Origin: Trichoplax adhaerens
Taxonomy: Eukaryota > Animalia > Placozoa
Length of the DNA stretch: 64,000 bases
Reading direction: 5' to 3'
Assembly: GCF_000150275.1 (NCBI RefSeq)
Contig: NW_002060946.1
Span: 7,359,855-7,423,854, forward strand
In this document: positions 53,096 to 64,000 of the stretch, one piece after another
Numbering within the stretch: the stretch's first letter is position 1
Layout of the letters: every line of letters begins with the position of its first letter
Made by a program: the position numbers and the translations under genes
The notes under the pieces: model-generated
The model's database searches: none
Seen by the model: only the letters and a program-made list of their open reading frames with translations
Told to the model about the DNA's origin: nothing

Positions 53096-55727
53096 CATTT
53101 TTGTTGCTCTCATAAACGGCGGAAGTTGCAATAGAAAAGTTAACCCTATTCGAAGGATATTGTATATTACTACTGTAGTAAAGCACTATGGTATGTCGCA
53201 ATTACGGTTTTGTGCTCTTGGCATGTGGGACAAGTACCTACAAATTAGCAATATCATAATACATTTAACTAAAGCTCCGAACTGCTCGCTACACGTTGTG
53301 CTCTTATATCTGATCTAGCAGTCGTACGACTATAGACTTTACAGTAAAAATCCGATGATTGGTTACAAATAAGCTTTATCACATTTCTTGGCACAGTACT
53401 CTCACTATACCGAATATAATTACAGTTGAAACTAAGCTATGATGGATATCGTACCCATTAGTAATCTCCATCCTTAATCTAGAATTATAGCAGGTATTTT
53501 TTCTGAACTATCGTCTTCCATATCAATTAATCAGCCCATTAAGTTTAAGCAATCGTTCTTACGTATTTCGGTAGCAAATAGTAAGACTTACCTAGTTCAA
53601 AATAGATAAATTAAGGTTTCTTTATACTATCATCAAATTAGCAGAATTGCAGGCTTCAGCAAAGTAGGTCTGGCTTTTCTCCACTTAAGGCCATCTCAGA
53701 CAGCCAAGTATAAGATTATGTACAATGTCTTCCATATTAGAGTTAACGTATCATTATCTGATTCATCTTAACTAGGTATTAAATCCATCTTTTACAGTCT
53801 CGAGTTAGTATGTCTACTATAGAATATCTACATTCGGGAATCTATCGCTAAATTTAGGAATTACCATCGTAACAGAATAATAGTTATCCACTTATGGTTA
53901 AAGCTATACAACGTAAATATTGAAATGACCGATCTTGGTCATACTGTATTCATTTACACTATATTTAGTAATAGAATTACATAAGAACCTAGATAACACT
54001 CGACATCCCCTTATATAGTCTAAATCCACATATTTACGTATAGCAACTACTCACGGTAATTGAATACCATGACACAAATGCATTAATTTTAATTTGAGTT
54101 AGTTAATGAATAACATATATAAGAATTATTGACTATTGTATCATGAAATAAATGAATTGAATTTTAAGTTATTGATGTGATGCTATCGGATTTAACAATG
54201 CGTAACGTATTGATAACTGTATGCATCTAATGCATTAATATTAGTTTTACATAGATAATGACCTAAAATAATTTAGCTCAATGCAAAATGACAGCGATAA
54301 TTGCTACGTATATGTGCTCGGTCACACAAATGGTACGAACATTAGAGTAGTTAAGAATGTAGTTTATTGGAAAGAATAACTTGCTCGAGAACTGGTGAAT
54401 AGTAGAATACAGCTTTAGAAAGAATAATTTGCTCGTATAGAATCCGTAGATCATACACAACTCCAGGAAAGAACAGCGTGTTATGTAAAATATTTTTATA
54501 AATTACAGTTAGAACATGTTTATAACGTATGATAACAACATGGCTAAGCAATATTGGTAATATTGTTCATTTATTAACTAAGAACTATACTGAACTTTAA
54601 TCTGAAATGAGTCATATGCCATAATATTGTAAATTAAAAAGTACACGTACGGTACGTATAGGTTTTATACGCTACGTGAAGTTTGACTAGCGTGGGCTAT
54701 ACTACTCTGTTAGAAGTTGATAACATGTCTTCAACTGCAGACTATAATCTCAAGTACGAAAAAGACAATCTCTTTGTGTTAACTTAACTACTTATATCCT
54801 TAGCCTTTTTACAACCCGAAGATCATAAATAGAAATTACTGAACAACATTTATCAACTTCTAGACTCAATATAAGAACGAAATTCTACGATTACTGTAGC
54901 TTCTTACGAAATTTAAACTGGAGCATCCTTAGTATTAATAACATGACCATACTTGTACTTGTTATTACTAGCTCCATAATGTTAATAACAGCATTACAAC
55001 TGGTGTTTACTCCTAAACTTAATTTGAGTTAGAATTTAAAGCTATTAGCTTTTAATGATATTACTAGAGATACTGTAGGTCTCATCTATATAGCGATAAT
55101 TTTATCCTCAGTACAGTCTTACAATTAAGTTTAGAGGATGTTAAAGGGCGGTAACATACCATAATTTATTGAATACTATGGAGGACTTGATCAAGTATGC
55201 TAATGAGAATCACTGAATATAACATTGTAATATCATTAAACCAGTTATTCAATACTCATAGCTTCAGCCAAGTTCTAAGCTAGGTTCATGTACAACCCAG
55301 ATGCATTGGTGCTATGGTTAACCTTTTGTATAGGCAATAGATACAAATAAATAATGATTTAGCGCTAGGGCTTATTTACGTAGAGATCGGCTGAGCTAAT
55401 TAACTCAAGGAATGACTTTTATCATTTTATATTGTATCAATTATGATCATCCTCTTGTGATGGCAAATAAAGTTTTGTCAATTAAGACTGGACTATTTAC
55501 TAGCGCTTACGCTGGCTCTGTCTTATTTGCGTTCAAATTTATATCTGAAGATTTTACGAGATAAGCCTATCGCTTTGTGCTGGTGAAATTAACATCAAGT
55601 AGAATATTTACTGTTAAAATAATAGAAATGAATTGTTTCTGAAGTTGCGATATTACAGTCAGCGTAATTAGAAACGAAGTGATATAGTGACAAGCTTAAA
55701 GTTATTTACATAGCTGATAATTTTTTC

Positions 55728-55936
55728 GTGATTATCGAGCCACTTTTGATTGCTGTTACATATTTACTGGCTATTATTGCCAAAGCCGACGTAGAAATAC
55801 CATCTGAAATTGAAGACATTGGCGAGGAACTAAAGAAAAATTTTCCAGAAGAAGCTGAAGAGCTACCTATAGGAGATCGCGACGTACTAAGCGTACTAGA
55901 TGAAGAAACAGAAATACTGGTAGAGCACAAAAAAAG
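55728..55936 (+). pseudogene. Pseudo-exon C' (signal + acidic propiece only)
   Basis: Paralog of 58213-58416 with ATG>GTG, about 33 nt including the splice acceptor deleted, the donor out of phase, and no peptide exons before the next copy. Flanks 55210-55727 match 57650-58180. Confidence 0.8.
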
Positions 55937-58212
55937 GTATGCATAATGAGCTGTAGTACTTTGAACTGTAGTAATTCTACAAACCGTGGATGACTTAGTC
56001 ATATTTCCTTCCCACTTCAATGGAAGTTTCTATTTCTATTTATATACTACTTAGAAACCTGCACCTATGCAATATTTACCCATGTAGTTTAAATTGAGTA
56101 AGCTATAGAACCAATCATATCATTGCTCACTAGATTAATATTGGAAAGTGGAATTTAGAGCAAAACTTTTGATATTTTAATTTGTGAATGAATGTAGTGA
56201 TTTCAGCTAATTACAGTAGCTTTGTGTAGGAAATACAATGATAGTATGTAGTGTAGAACTGTATGTCTTAATAAAGTAAGTGTTGATAAGGCTAGTATGA
56301 TGAAACGGCAAATATTTAGTATGTGCTACTGTTACGAATTGCCTTTTCGAACTGGTCTTAAACGCTGTTGTCACGACTACTCGTGTCCCCAACTGACTTA
56401 GGCGACTTATTGTAGCTGAACTAACTCTCGACTACACAGATAAGCTGCCAACAGGTAATAGGTTTAAGGACTTTACTTTATTGAGATAAATCCTAGTAAA
56501 AGAACCTATTATCAATAAACAAGTATTCATTAACGCTTATTAGACTACTGGAACAAATAACAATTTATATTATTAGATATTTTAATTAACTAGGCCTTTA
56601 TTATTTCGGAGCTTGGCTCCGTAGCATCTATATAAGGCCGTAGCTGATAGCCATATTAAGTAATGTTATTAAGCAAAGTACTAATGTGATTGATGACTCT
56701 TATGTAGAGGCGCAATTGATGATAATTTGTATAAGTTGTATAGAATTGTTATCGTGGAGGCTAAGTCGATTATTTGGTTTATCTTAGCCATTTTCGACTG
56801 TTATTACGAGGGGAGAAATTGGAATTCTTCTCCGACAAACGACACAAGGACCTTAATAAAGTTAACTGTTATAAGTCAATTATACGGTGTTGACTATTTT
56901 GTATCACATCAGGGATTTGCTCGATTTTAACAGCTCAGAATTTTGAGTTGGTAGATTACGAACCTAGGGCTAATAACCCGTACACTACAATGAATTATCC
57001 CAGTATCCTTTAATTCCCTAATGACTAAAAAATAAAAGATTTTCAAGAAAGTAACTGTTACGTCTACACTCCGGAGTATTCCATACATTCATAAAAATTT
57101 TTCGTATGGCGATAGGATGAGCTTCATTTAATGTGACTTATTCGTCAAGAGTGAATGAAAGAGTTAACGTATACCGAAGGACATAATTTTTCGTTACTAG
57201 AATTACTACGCAATATATGCTGCAACTTAATTTCTTTGTATGCTATTACTTTAAAGAAATACTATACAAAGTTCAAGTAAGGTTCAAGCAAGGTTTAAGT
57301 AATAATGAATTGTATCTAGGCGTTATTTAGTTTCAAAAAATTCAACGTTATTCCTGCGGCGATTATGTATATTGTACAATAGCGTCGGATATGGGGTGAT
57401 ATTTTTTATTGTAATACACGTAGATCCTAAATTATTTAATGATGATTCAGGACTTGAAATCACAAAAGAGTTCATTGAGCTTACCGTTAACAACTGTCAA
57501 CGTTCATCTGACAGCACTAAGAAAATAGATTTTTTCACATTTAGTAATAGATATTATACATTTTGTGTAATAAGCTTAGCTACCCCAGGTTTTGTAGCTA
57601 AAATACCGTAATTGTATCGAATAGTACGAAGGATCTGGTTAGGTATACAAAAGAAAATCACTGATTGTAACATCATAATATCATAAATTCAATTATTCAT
57701 CAATAGTAATAGCTTTAGGCAAGTTCTAAGGTAGGTTTACATATAACCCCAACACATTATTGCTATTTTTAACCTATTATCTAAGCTGTAGATACTAATA
57801 AACATTAGCATGACATTAGACTTATTTACACAGAGGTCGGCTTAGCTAATTAACTAAAATACGGTAAATATATTTATTGTATACTGTATCTATTGCGACC
57901 AACCTCTTTTGAAAGCGAATAAAGTCTTGTCAGTCAAGACTGGCCTATTTACTAGTATTTAACGCCGACCCTGTCTTGGTTAGATTCAGATTCAGATCTG
58001 AAATTTTACAAGATAAAGCTAGCACTTTGTACCGACCAAATTAACATTGAGTAAAATTCTAACTTATAAAATGCTAGAAATAAATTGCTTCTGAAGTTTC
58101 GATATTGCAGTCAGTGTAATTAGCAGCGAAGTGATATAGTGACAAACTTAAATTTAATTACATGACTGATAATTTTTTCATTGCTTGTTGATTTACCGTT
58201 AGCTTTGCCATA

Positions 58213-60066
58213 ATGAACATCAAGTTACTTTTGATCGCTTCTGTGTTTTTACTGGTTACTATTACCAAAGCCGATGAAGAAATACCGTCGGATATTGAAG
58301 AGATTACCGAGGAACTAAAGGACAATCTACCAGAAGAAGGTGAAGAGCTTTCGGTAGATAATCGCGACGAACTAGATATACCAAATGAAGAGGTAGAAAT
58401 AGCACTTAAAGGAAAGGTAGGCGGAATGAACTGTAGTACTTTGAATTGAAGTAATTGTACAAACTGTGGGTGATTTACTGATATTTCTTAACGCTACATT
58501 ATAAATTTCTATTGCTACTTGCTTAATATATAAACACCTGCATCTATGCAATATTTACCCGTACAGTCTAAGTTGATTAATCTCTAGACACAATCATATT
58601 AATGTTTGCTAGATTTACAAAGGAATGTGAAATTTAGAACATGACCGATAATATTTTGATTTATGAATGAAATATTACAGTTTCATTTAATTCCCTTGCG
58701 ATTAAAACATAAAAGGACTTTCAAGTAAATAAGTCCTAAAGTTAACACGCTGAAATATTCCAAACGATCTGTAAAAACATTTTCGTAAAGCGATAAGATG
58801 AGATTCGTTTATTTCGATTTATTCATGAAGAGTGAATAAAAGAATTTACATGTGCCAAATAGCATAATTTTTCGTTACTAGAATTGCAGCCTAGTATAAA
58901 GCTTAATCTGTATGATATTAAATTAATGGAAAACTATACAATAGTTCAAGTAAGGCTCAAATACTAAAAAACTGTATCTGGGCATTATTCAAATTTACAA
59001 ATTTTGATGGATCGCCTTTTGTGATCATGTACAATCTCTTCAGATTGGGAGTGATATATCTATTGTCATACAGTTCTATCATGCCGTTCTCAATTACTTT
59101 ACTGTTAGTACAGTATTGATAGAAAGTCTTTCAATAAAGATCAACTCGTAGTCCTACTTCATATGTATAATTCTTATCATTTATGCAGTAACTATTTTCC
59201 GATAAGGTATTTGTATGCGACCATCGTTCTAAATATTGATTTATACGGTGAAACGGTATTGCTTTGCTGGAATGAATTAGACTGTAATTATTGATTTTAT
59301 ATTAGACTGTTTGCTGCACAGACAATTTTGAGTTTATAAATTATTTATGTCTACGCTGGCTATATAAATATTTACAAAGTTACTAAATAGACATCTATTG
59401 CGATTAAACCACGATTTTCTCATATAATATGAGATAATATGCCCTTAATAAAAATAGGTAATCCAACTTTAATGCAGTACGTGCACACCTTATTTTTGAG
59501 TTACTTCGTAGTAGTTGATAGCCTTTGCTAGTATGCCAGCTGTAATAATAGACTGACTATATATGAACACCTCAATCATTTGACCTTTAGAAATGGTGGG
59601 GTCGTCGCCGACGACGATTTAGCTACTATACTAAGAGTGATCAAGAACCTGAACAGCAAAAGGTACCGTTATCAGATAGAAACGTCTTTTACAGCATTAA
59701 ACCTGAATAAATTTCATTATTCTGAATGCATGCACTGTTACTGTGGGTTTACCAAATCCATTTTTTTATTAACATCAAAATTCAAACTTTAGAAATGGTG
59801 GGGTCGTCGCCGTCGACGATTTAGTTACTATGTAAAGAATGGTCAAGGACCTGAACAGCAAAAGGTACTGATATCAGATAGAAACGTCTTTAACGGCATT
59901 AAAACTTATATATTTCATTATTCTAAACGCATGCATTGCTATTGAGCATTTACAAAATCGTTTTGTTTATTCCCATCAATAATTTTAACTTTAGAAATGG
60001 TGGGGTCGTCGCCGACGACGATTTAACTATTATGGTAAGAATGGCGAAAATCCTGAGCAGCAATAG
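58213..60066 (+). CDS. Secreted acidic-propiece / Trp-poly-Arg prepropeptide, gene C; exons 58213-58416, 59591-59662, 59793-59864, 59995-60066; 139 aa
   Basis: Signal MNIKLLLIASVFLLVTITKA and a 48-aa acidic propiece ending LKGK, then KWWGRRRRRFSYYTKSDQEPEQQK / KWWGRRRRRFSYYVKNGQGPEQQK / KWWGRRRRRFNYYGKNGENPEQQ*. GT-AG, phase 0. A further acceptor (tctttctag) ends at 60399. Confidence 0.88.
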
Positions 60067-60140
60067 GTACACGATTCTAACGTAATTTACACCATTAAAC
60101 CTAAATAAGCTATTCATTATAATTTTGTACGGATGCAACA
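59581..60140 (+). repeat. Exon+intron tandem repeat with a period of exactly 202 bp (three 72-nt exons)
   Basis: Exon starts at 59591, 59793 and 59995; the introns share gtac...tatcagatagaaacgtcttt...gcattaaa...tttcattattct. Confidence 0.9.
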
Positions 60141-63100
60141 TTTTGCTAGTGATAAATTATTTGCGTGAAATAATTTTTAACTTAATTAAAGAGTGCTGCA
60201 GACTCTCTGATTAAGTAAACATATATTCGATTCTTAGAATGCATAATTTTGTAGATCTAGTCATAGCTAGTTTATATATTCATATTTAATCGTATATCTT
60301 TTAAGATTTTTTGTAAGTTGAAAAAAAGCGACAGATAAAGGATACGGCTAAAAATTTATTAGATTTTATGCTGATAATCTGACAGTATTCTCTTTCTAGG
60401 GTAACGCTCTCAGTGCTGATAATGGACCTTTTCTATAAATCCTGTACTGTAATTCGGAGAATTGGCTACTTGCTTGATTTTTCCACTTTCTATATTATTT
60501 CCTATCTCTATAAGTGACTTCATTAACGCGTATACTGTAAGCATATCTTGGTACTGTTAACGTTAAATGAGAATTTAATGACTACGCTAGCAAGTAAAAT
60601 CATAATACGAAGTCCATCACTTAAATTAATGCCTTTATTATACCTACTGTAAACGCATAATAGACTATCATTAGAGAAAGTTCTTATCGTATTAACTTTA
60701 AAGGTGCGCGTTTTAAATCATAATTTAAAAAATTTACTTGAGGATCTTTAGGAAACGTCAATAAAGTACTTGAAATAATTTAAAGGCGCTTATGCTTTAT
60801 TGTATATTTGCTCAAATATACACCCGATATTGATATACTATTAACAATGAAGGAGCAAGTATAGCTAACGAGTTACTCCGACTATCGTCTTAGCTGAGAT
60901 AATTGCTCCTTTAATTATAATTCACAGATCAATTTAGTAACCTGAGGTTAAATAATGCTTTTTTCACTGAATATAACGCTAAATGCAGTCAAGAACTTGC
61001 AATATCGTAGTGCACGTACCACGTAGATCCTAAATTATTTCCTGATGATTTAGGACTTGTAATCTTTATAACATTTCGCATTGACGTCTTAAAATCAGTT
61101 TTGTGCCATAGGCAATGATTGCAGTACGATTTATACTTATCTAGACTACAAAATTATGTTCTTTGCTTGAGATCTAAATATGATCTTACTAGACATATTA
61201 TCATCTAGATCAACGTTAATTTCTGAGAGAGAAAAAAATTAGCTTTTAATTCATAACCATTTTGTAACTGATTTGCATATAAGTTGTGAATTTTGCTATA
61301 ATAATTTTGATGATATGATTATAATTATAGCTAGATATTCCTTGTAGCAAAATGAACCTTACTTATACCATAAAGTAAAGTTAACGTATAAGAAACCTTA
61401 ATTCTGTTTATTATTTCGAAAACATTTTATTACAAATATAATTTGTGCCATATCGCATTTCCTTAATTTAAATAATAAGTTAAGAGTGACTTTAGAAGTT
61501 CCTCATTTTATGTTTAATACGTCTAGTTTGTGACTAATTAAGACGTAGCTTATCTGGCTCTTACTCAAACTAAACAAAATAGAAGAAAGAAAAACATTCA
61601 TTTACTTTAGATTTTTCATTGGGGCTAGTACTTAATGATGTTTACTAAACTGTAGCACGAATGAATGAAGCTCGCAATCCTATAAAACTATTGTTAAGGC
61701 GTAATCTTTCAGCTCATAAGATAATGTTGATGTGAATCAATGTATAAATCATTAACAATTAAATTTGTTTAGCAATCTCGGACGTCATTGAATTGATGAA
61801 AATAATAGGAAACACAGCATGTATTAAACTTTCATTCGAGTATAATAATGCTTCCTGCTTTAATTATAATTGCAAATGATAATGTCTTAGATTCTGTCGT
61901 CAAGCATATAAACTGTTCCCTGGAGTCATATTAATGACTTTGTTATAACAACAGAAGCTCATTGTTATTATTTTGGGTCATTGATGACTTTTTAATTTTG
62001 TTAGTATATTTTTTAATCAGACACTGTAGTTGATTATGCCTGATTTTTTATGAATTATCATGCATTTAAAAGTCAATATGAAAAACAACTTTTAACGATC
62101 GAGTATTATTATCTTATATCAGTAAGGGACCTAAACCGAACTATAGCATTTGAACAAACATATTACAGCATATAGGAGTTTATCCGACTGATTTATAAGA
62201 ATAGCTGCCGATAACGTACGATTACTATAGTACTAATTTAATGGGACGCCTGAAGATAATAGAGTTTCCTGTCTGAAATTTATTGTCCCTTTAAGGGATG
62301 AACCTAGTTACCGTAATAAATAAGGAATACGGTAATTGCATGTCAGTATGAAAAGACATAATTAGAAAAAAGTTACCTGAAGATTACTTTTTGATTTTGA
62401 AATTTACTGCATATAAAACCATGCAAATATCAGACAGTCAAAAACAATTAGCTACGTTTCTAGTTATCATATTATAAAAATAGATTGCAAATTAGAGATA
62501 AAGGTGTGTAAAATCATAATTTTAGTAGCATAAAGCTTTAAGAATCTTTGAATTTATTCAAATTGCGGTTAGATGATAATAACAACAAAGGAACATTCGT
62601 GTTATTATCCCTTCATTGTCCCCTTAAGGATTCAAGTTTTGTAGCTATAGAAGACCAAAACACCTTATTCATTTGTTAATAATTATAATATCAAATTGTA
62701 ATATCGGGATACTAAGGCTCGCTTATTTATTACTTTAATGTACTTGTAGTGCTAACCATGATTACTAATATTATATTGTTAATAAGCAAATCCTCACATT
62801 TACTGCATCTACTGTCGCGAAGTGATTGTATAGATTATTTATAAACATAGATCCTATATCAGCAGTGTTTGTTAGTGATTACAATAATACGTTTGTATAA
62901 TGCAAAGTCTACAGTATGCGAACTACTAGTTGACTGATTCAACAAGTAGTTCAGTAATTGTTTTTGATATTTTTATTGTATTCATGGCTTACGTTTTAGT
63001 TTAATTGGGTACAGTCTAGGCTATTGCGCATGTAGTAAAACCACAGAATTTATGGTTTAGAGCTATCATCACGTTTCGTTTAATATCTGAAGTGTAATAA

Positions 63101-63175
63101 GGTTTAATATTGACGTAAAGATTGCTGCCAGAAATATTACTCTACTCGTTTTTTCAGTTAATTGAATTATCAGTG

Positions 63176-63494
63176 TGTTACGATGCGTAAGCTCGTCCTA
63201 ATGAAGATTCCTTTTTAGTTCATTAGTCGGTTAGATAGTCAACTAGTTTTTCAATTGATATTTAATTGTAAAGACTATAATCTTGGGTGCCAAGATTCCT
63301 TCAGTAATAAATGATAGTAAATCTCTGACTATCTCGTCTACATCATCTATGACGCTATAATTATACCACAGTATTCGGTCGTTGGAACTGAATTATTTGG
63401 TGATATAGCTAATCTCGCCTCTTTAAGTTAGTAAGTTGCGTTCTCCGCAGGGATTGGCGTGTGTAGACTACTTTGTCACTAGTGGTGTGTGACA
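63176..63494 (+). mobile_element. Solo-LTR-like insertion, 319 bp, 5-bp TSD CAGTG
   Basis: Absent from copies 1 and 2 (gaattatcagtggt). Termini TGTTAC...GTGACA; CAGTG at 63171-63175 and 63495-63499; internal AATAAA at about 63306. Confidence 0.82.
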
Positions 63495-63836
63495 CAGTGG
63501 TTCTTTGATATGTAATGTTGCGGTTATTTTCAAAGAATCATCTATTGCAACTTAATGGATTAAATTGTTAGAGGCCATAACTGACTTCAGAGAAGTTCAT
63601 GCTACATGCGGATATTTGATTATACAAAATATGATTAGTAATGATCAAGGACTGCCCTATTTTATTTCGTGTCATCTGCCAAGTTTATTAATGTGCAACA
63701 CCTTTATTCATCTAAGTTCTAATGAATACTAAATGTCAGGTTCCATTGAGTTACAAAGAGTCCATTAAGGTTCTATTATAATCAGAACATTGCCGGTATT
63801 TGGTTTTTCTCTCACATTAGACCTTAGAAGCGCAGG

Positions 63837-63900
63837 TATATAAAGTTTAACCCACTTGATTCGCTGTTCGTATTTTCCTGCAGTGATTAAAAAGGATAAG
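63837..63900 (+). promoter_or_regulatory. Gene B3 TATA box and non-coding first exon; coding exons lie beyond the window
   Basis: TATATAAA at 63837-63844 and donor AAG/gtaaat at 63901, in the same context as B1 and B2. Confidence 0.75.
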
Positions 63901-64000
63901 GTAAATTTTAATCAACAAGTGGCTATATTAGATAAATCAGTTATAATTTCCGTAATTTTTTATACCATATTTAACCCTGAAATTTAAGTGAAGTAAACGA

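Larger units (their letters stand above)
61230..64000 (+). repeat. Segmental duplication, copy 3 (gene B upstream spacer), running off the window
   Basis: Colinear with about 38500-40950 and about 47120-49570. Confidence 0.92.

Overview
AT-rich, compact-intron animal DNA. Gene content and style suggest a placozoan such as Trichoplax; this is an inference, not a database result. Left half, all on the minus strand: an intron-bearing pogo/Tigger transposase-derived gene that has lost its first catalytic Asp, two tandem phospholipid scramblase genes (one canonical with 7 coding exons, one divergent), and a tandem array of six intronless rhodopsin-type GPCR copies (2 intact, 1 with a single nonsense codon, 3 relics). 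Right half, plus strand: a tandemly amplified family of secreted prepropeptide genes that the ORF track largely misses. Each has a signal-peptide plus very acidic propiece exon followed by 2-4 symmetric phase-0 micro-exons of 48-72 nt. Each micro-exon encodes one Trp/poly-Arg/aromatic module such as KWWRRRRRRFYY-GK, many with a Gly-Lys amidation signal. Three apparently intact genes (A, B1, C), two pseudogenes (B2, C'), the promoter of a further copy (B3), and evidence for more copies inside the 50-N gap are visible. In all three intact genes the negative charge of the propiece closely matches the positive charge of the module array. This points to a self-neutralising, exon-modular cationic (antimicrobial, toxin or cell-penetrating) peptide system evolving by birth and death. 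Two TG...CA solo-LTR-like insertions with 5-bp target-site duplications are revealed by comparing the segmental duplicates.
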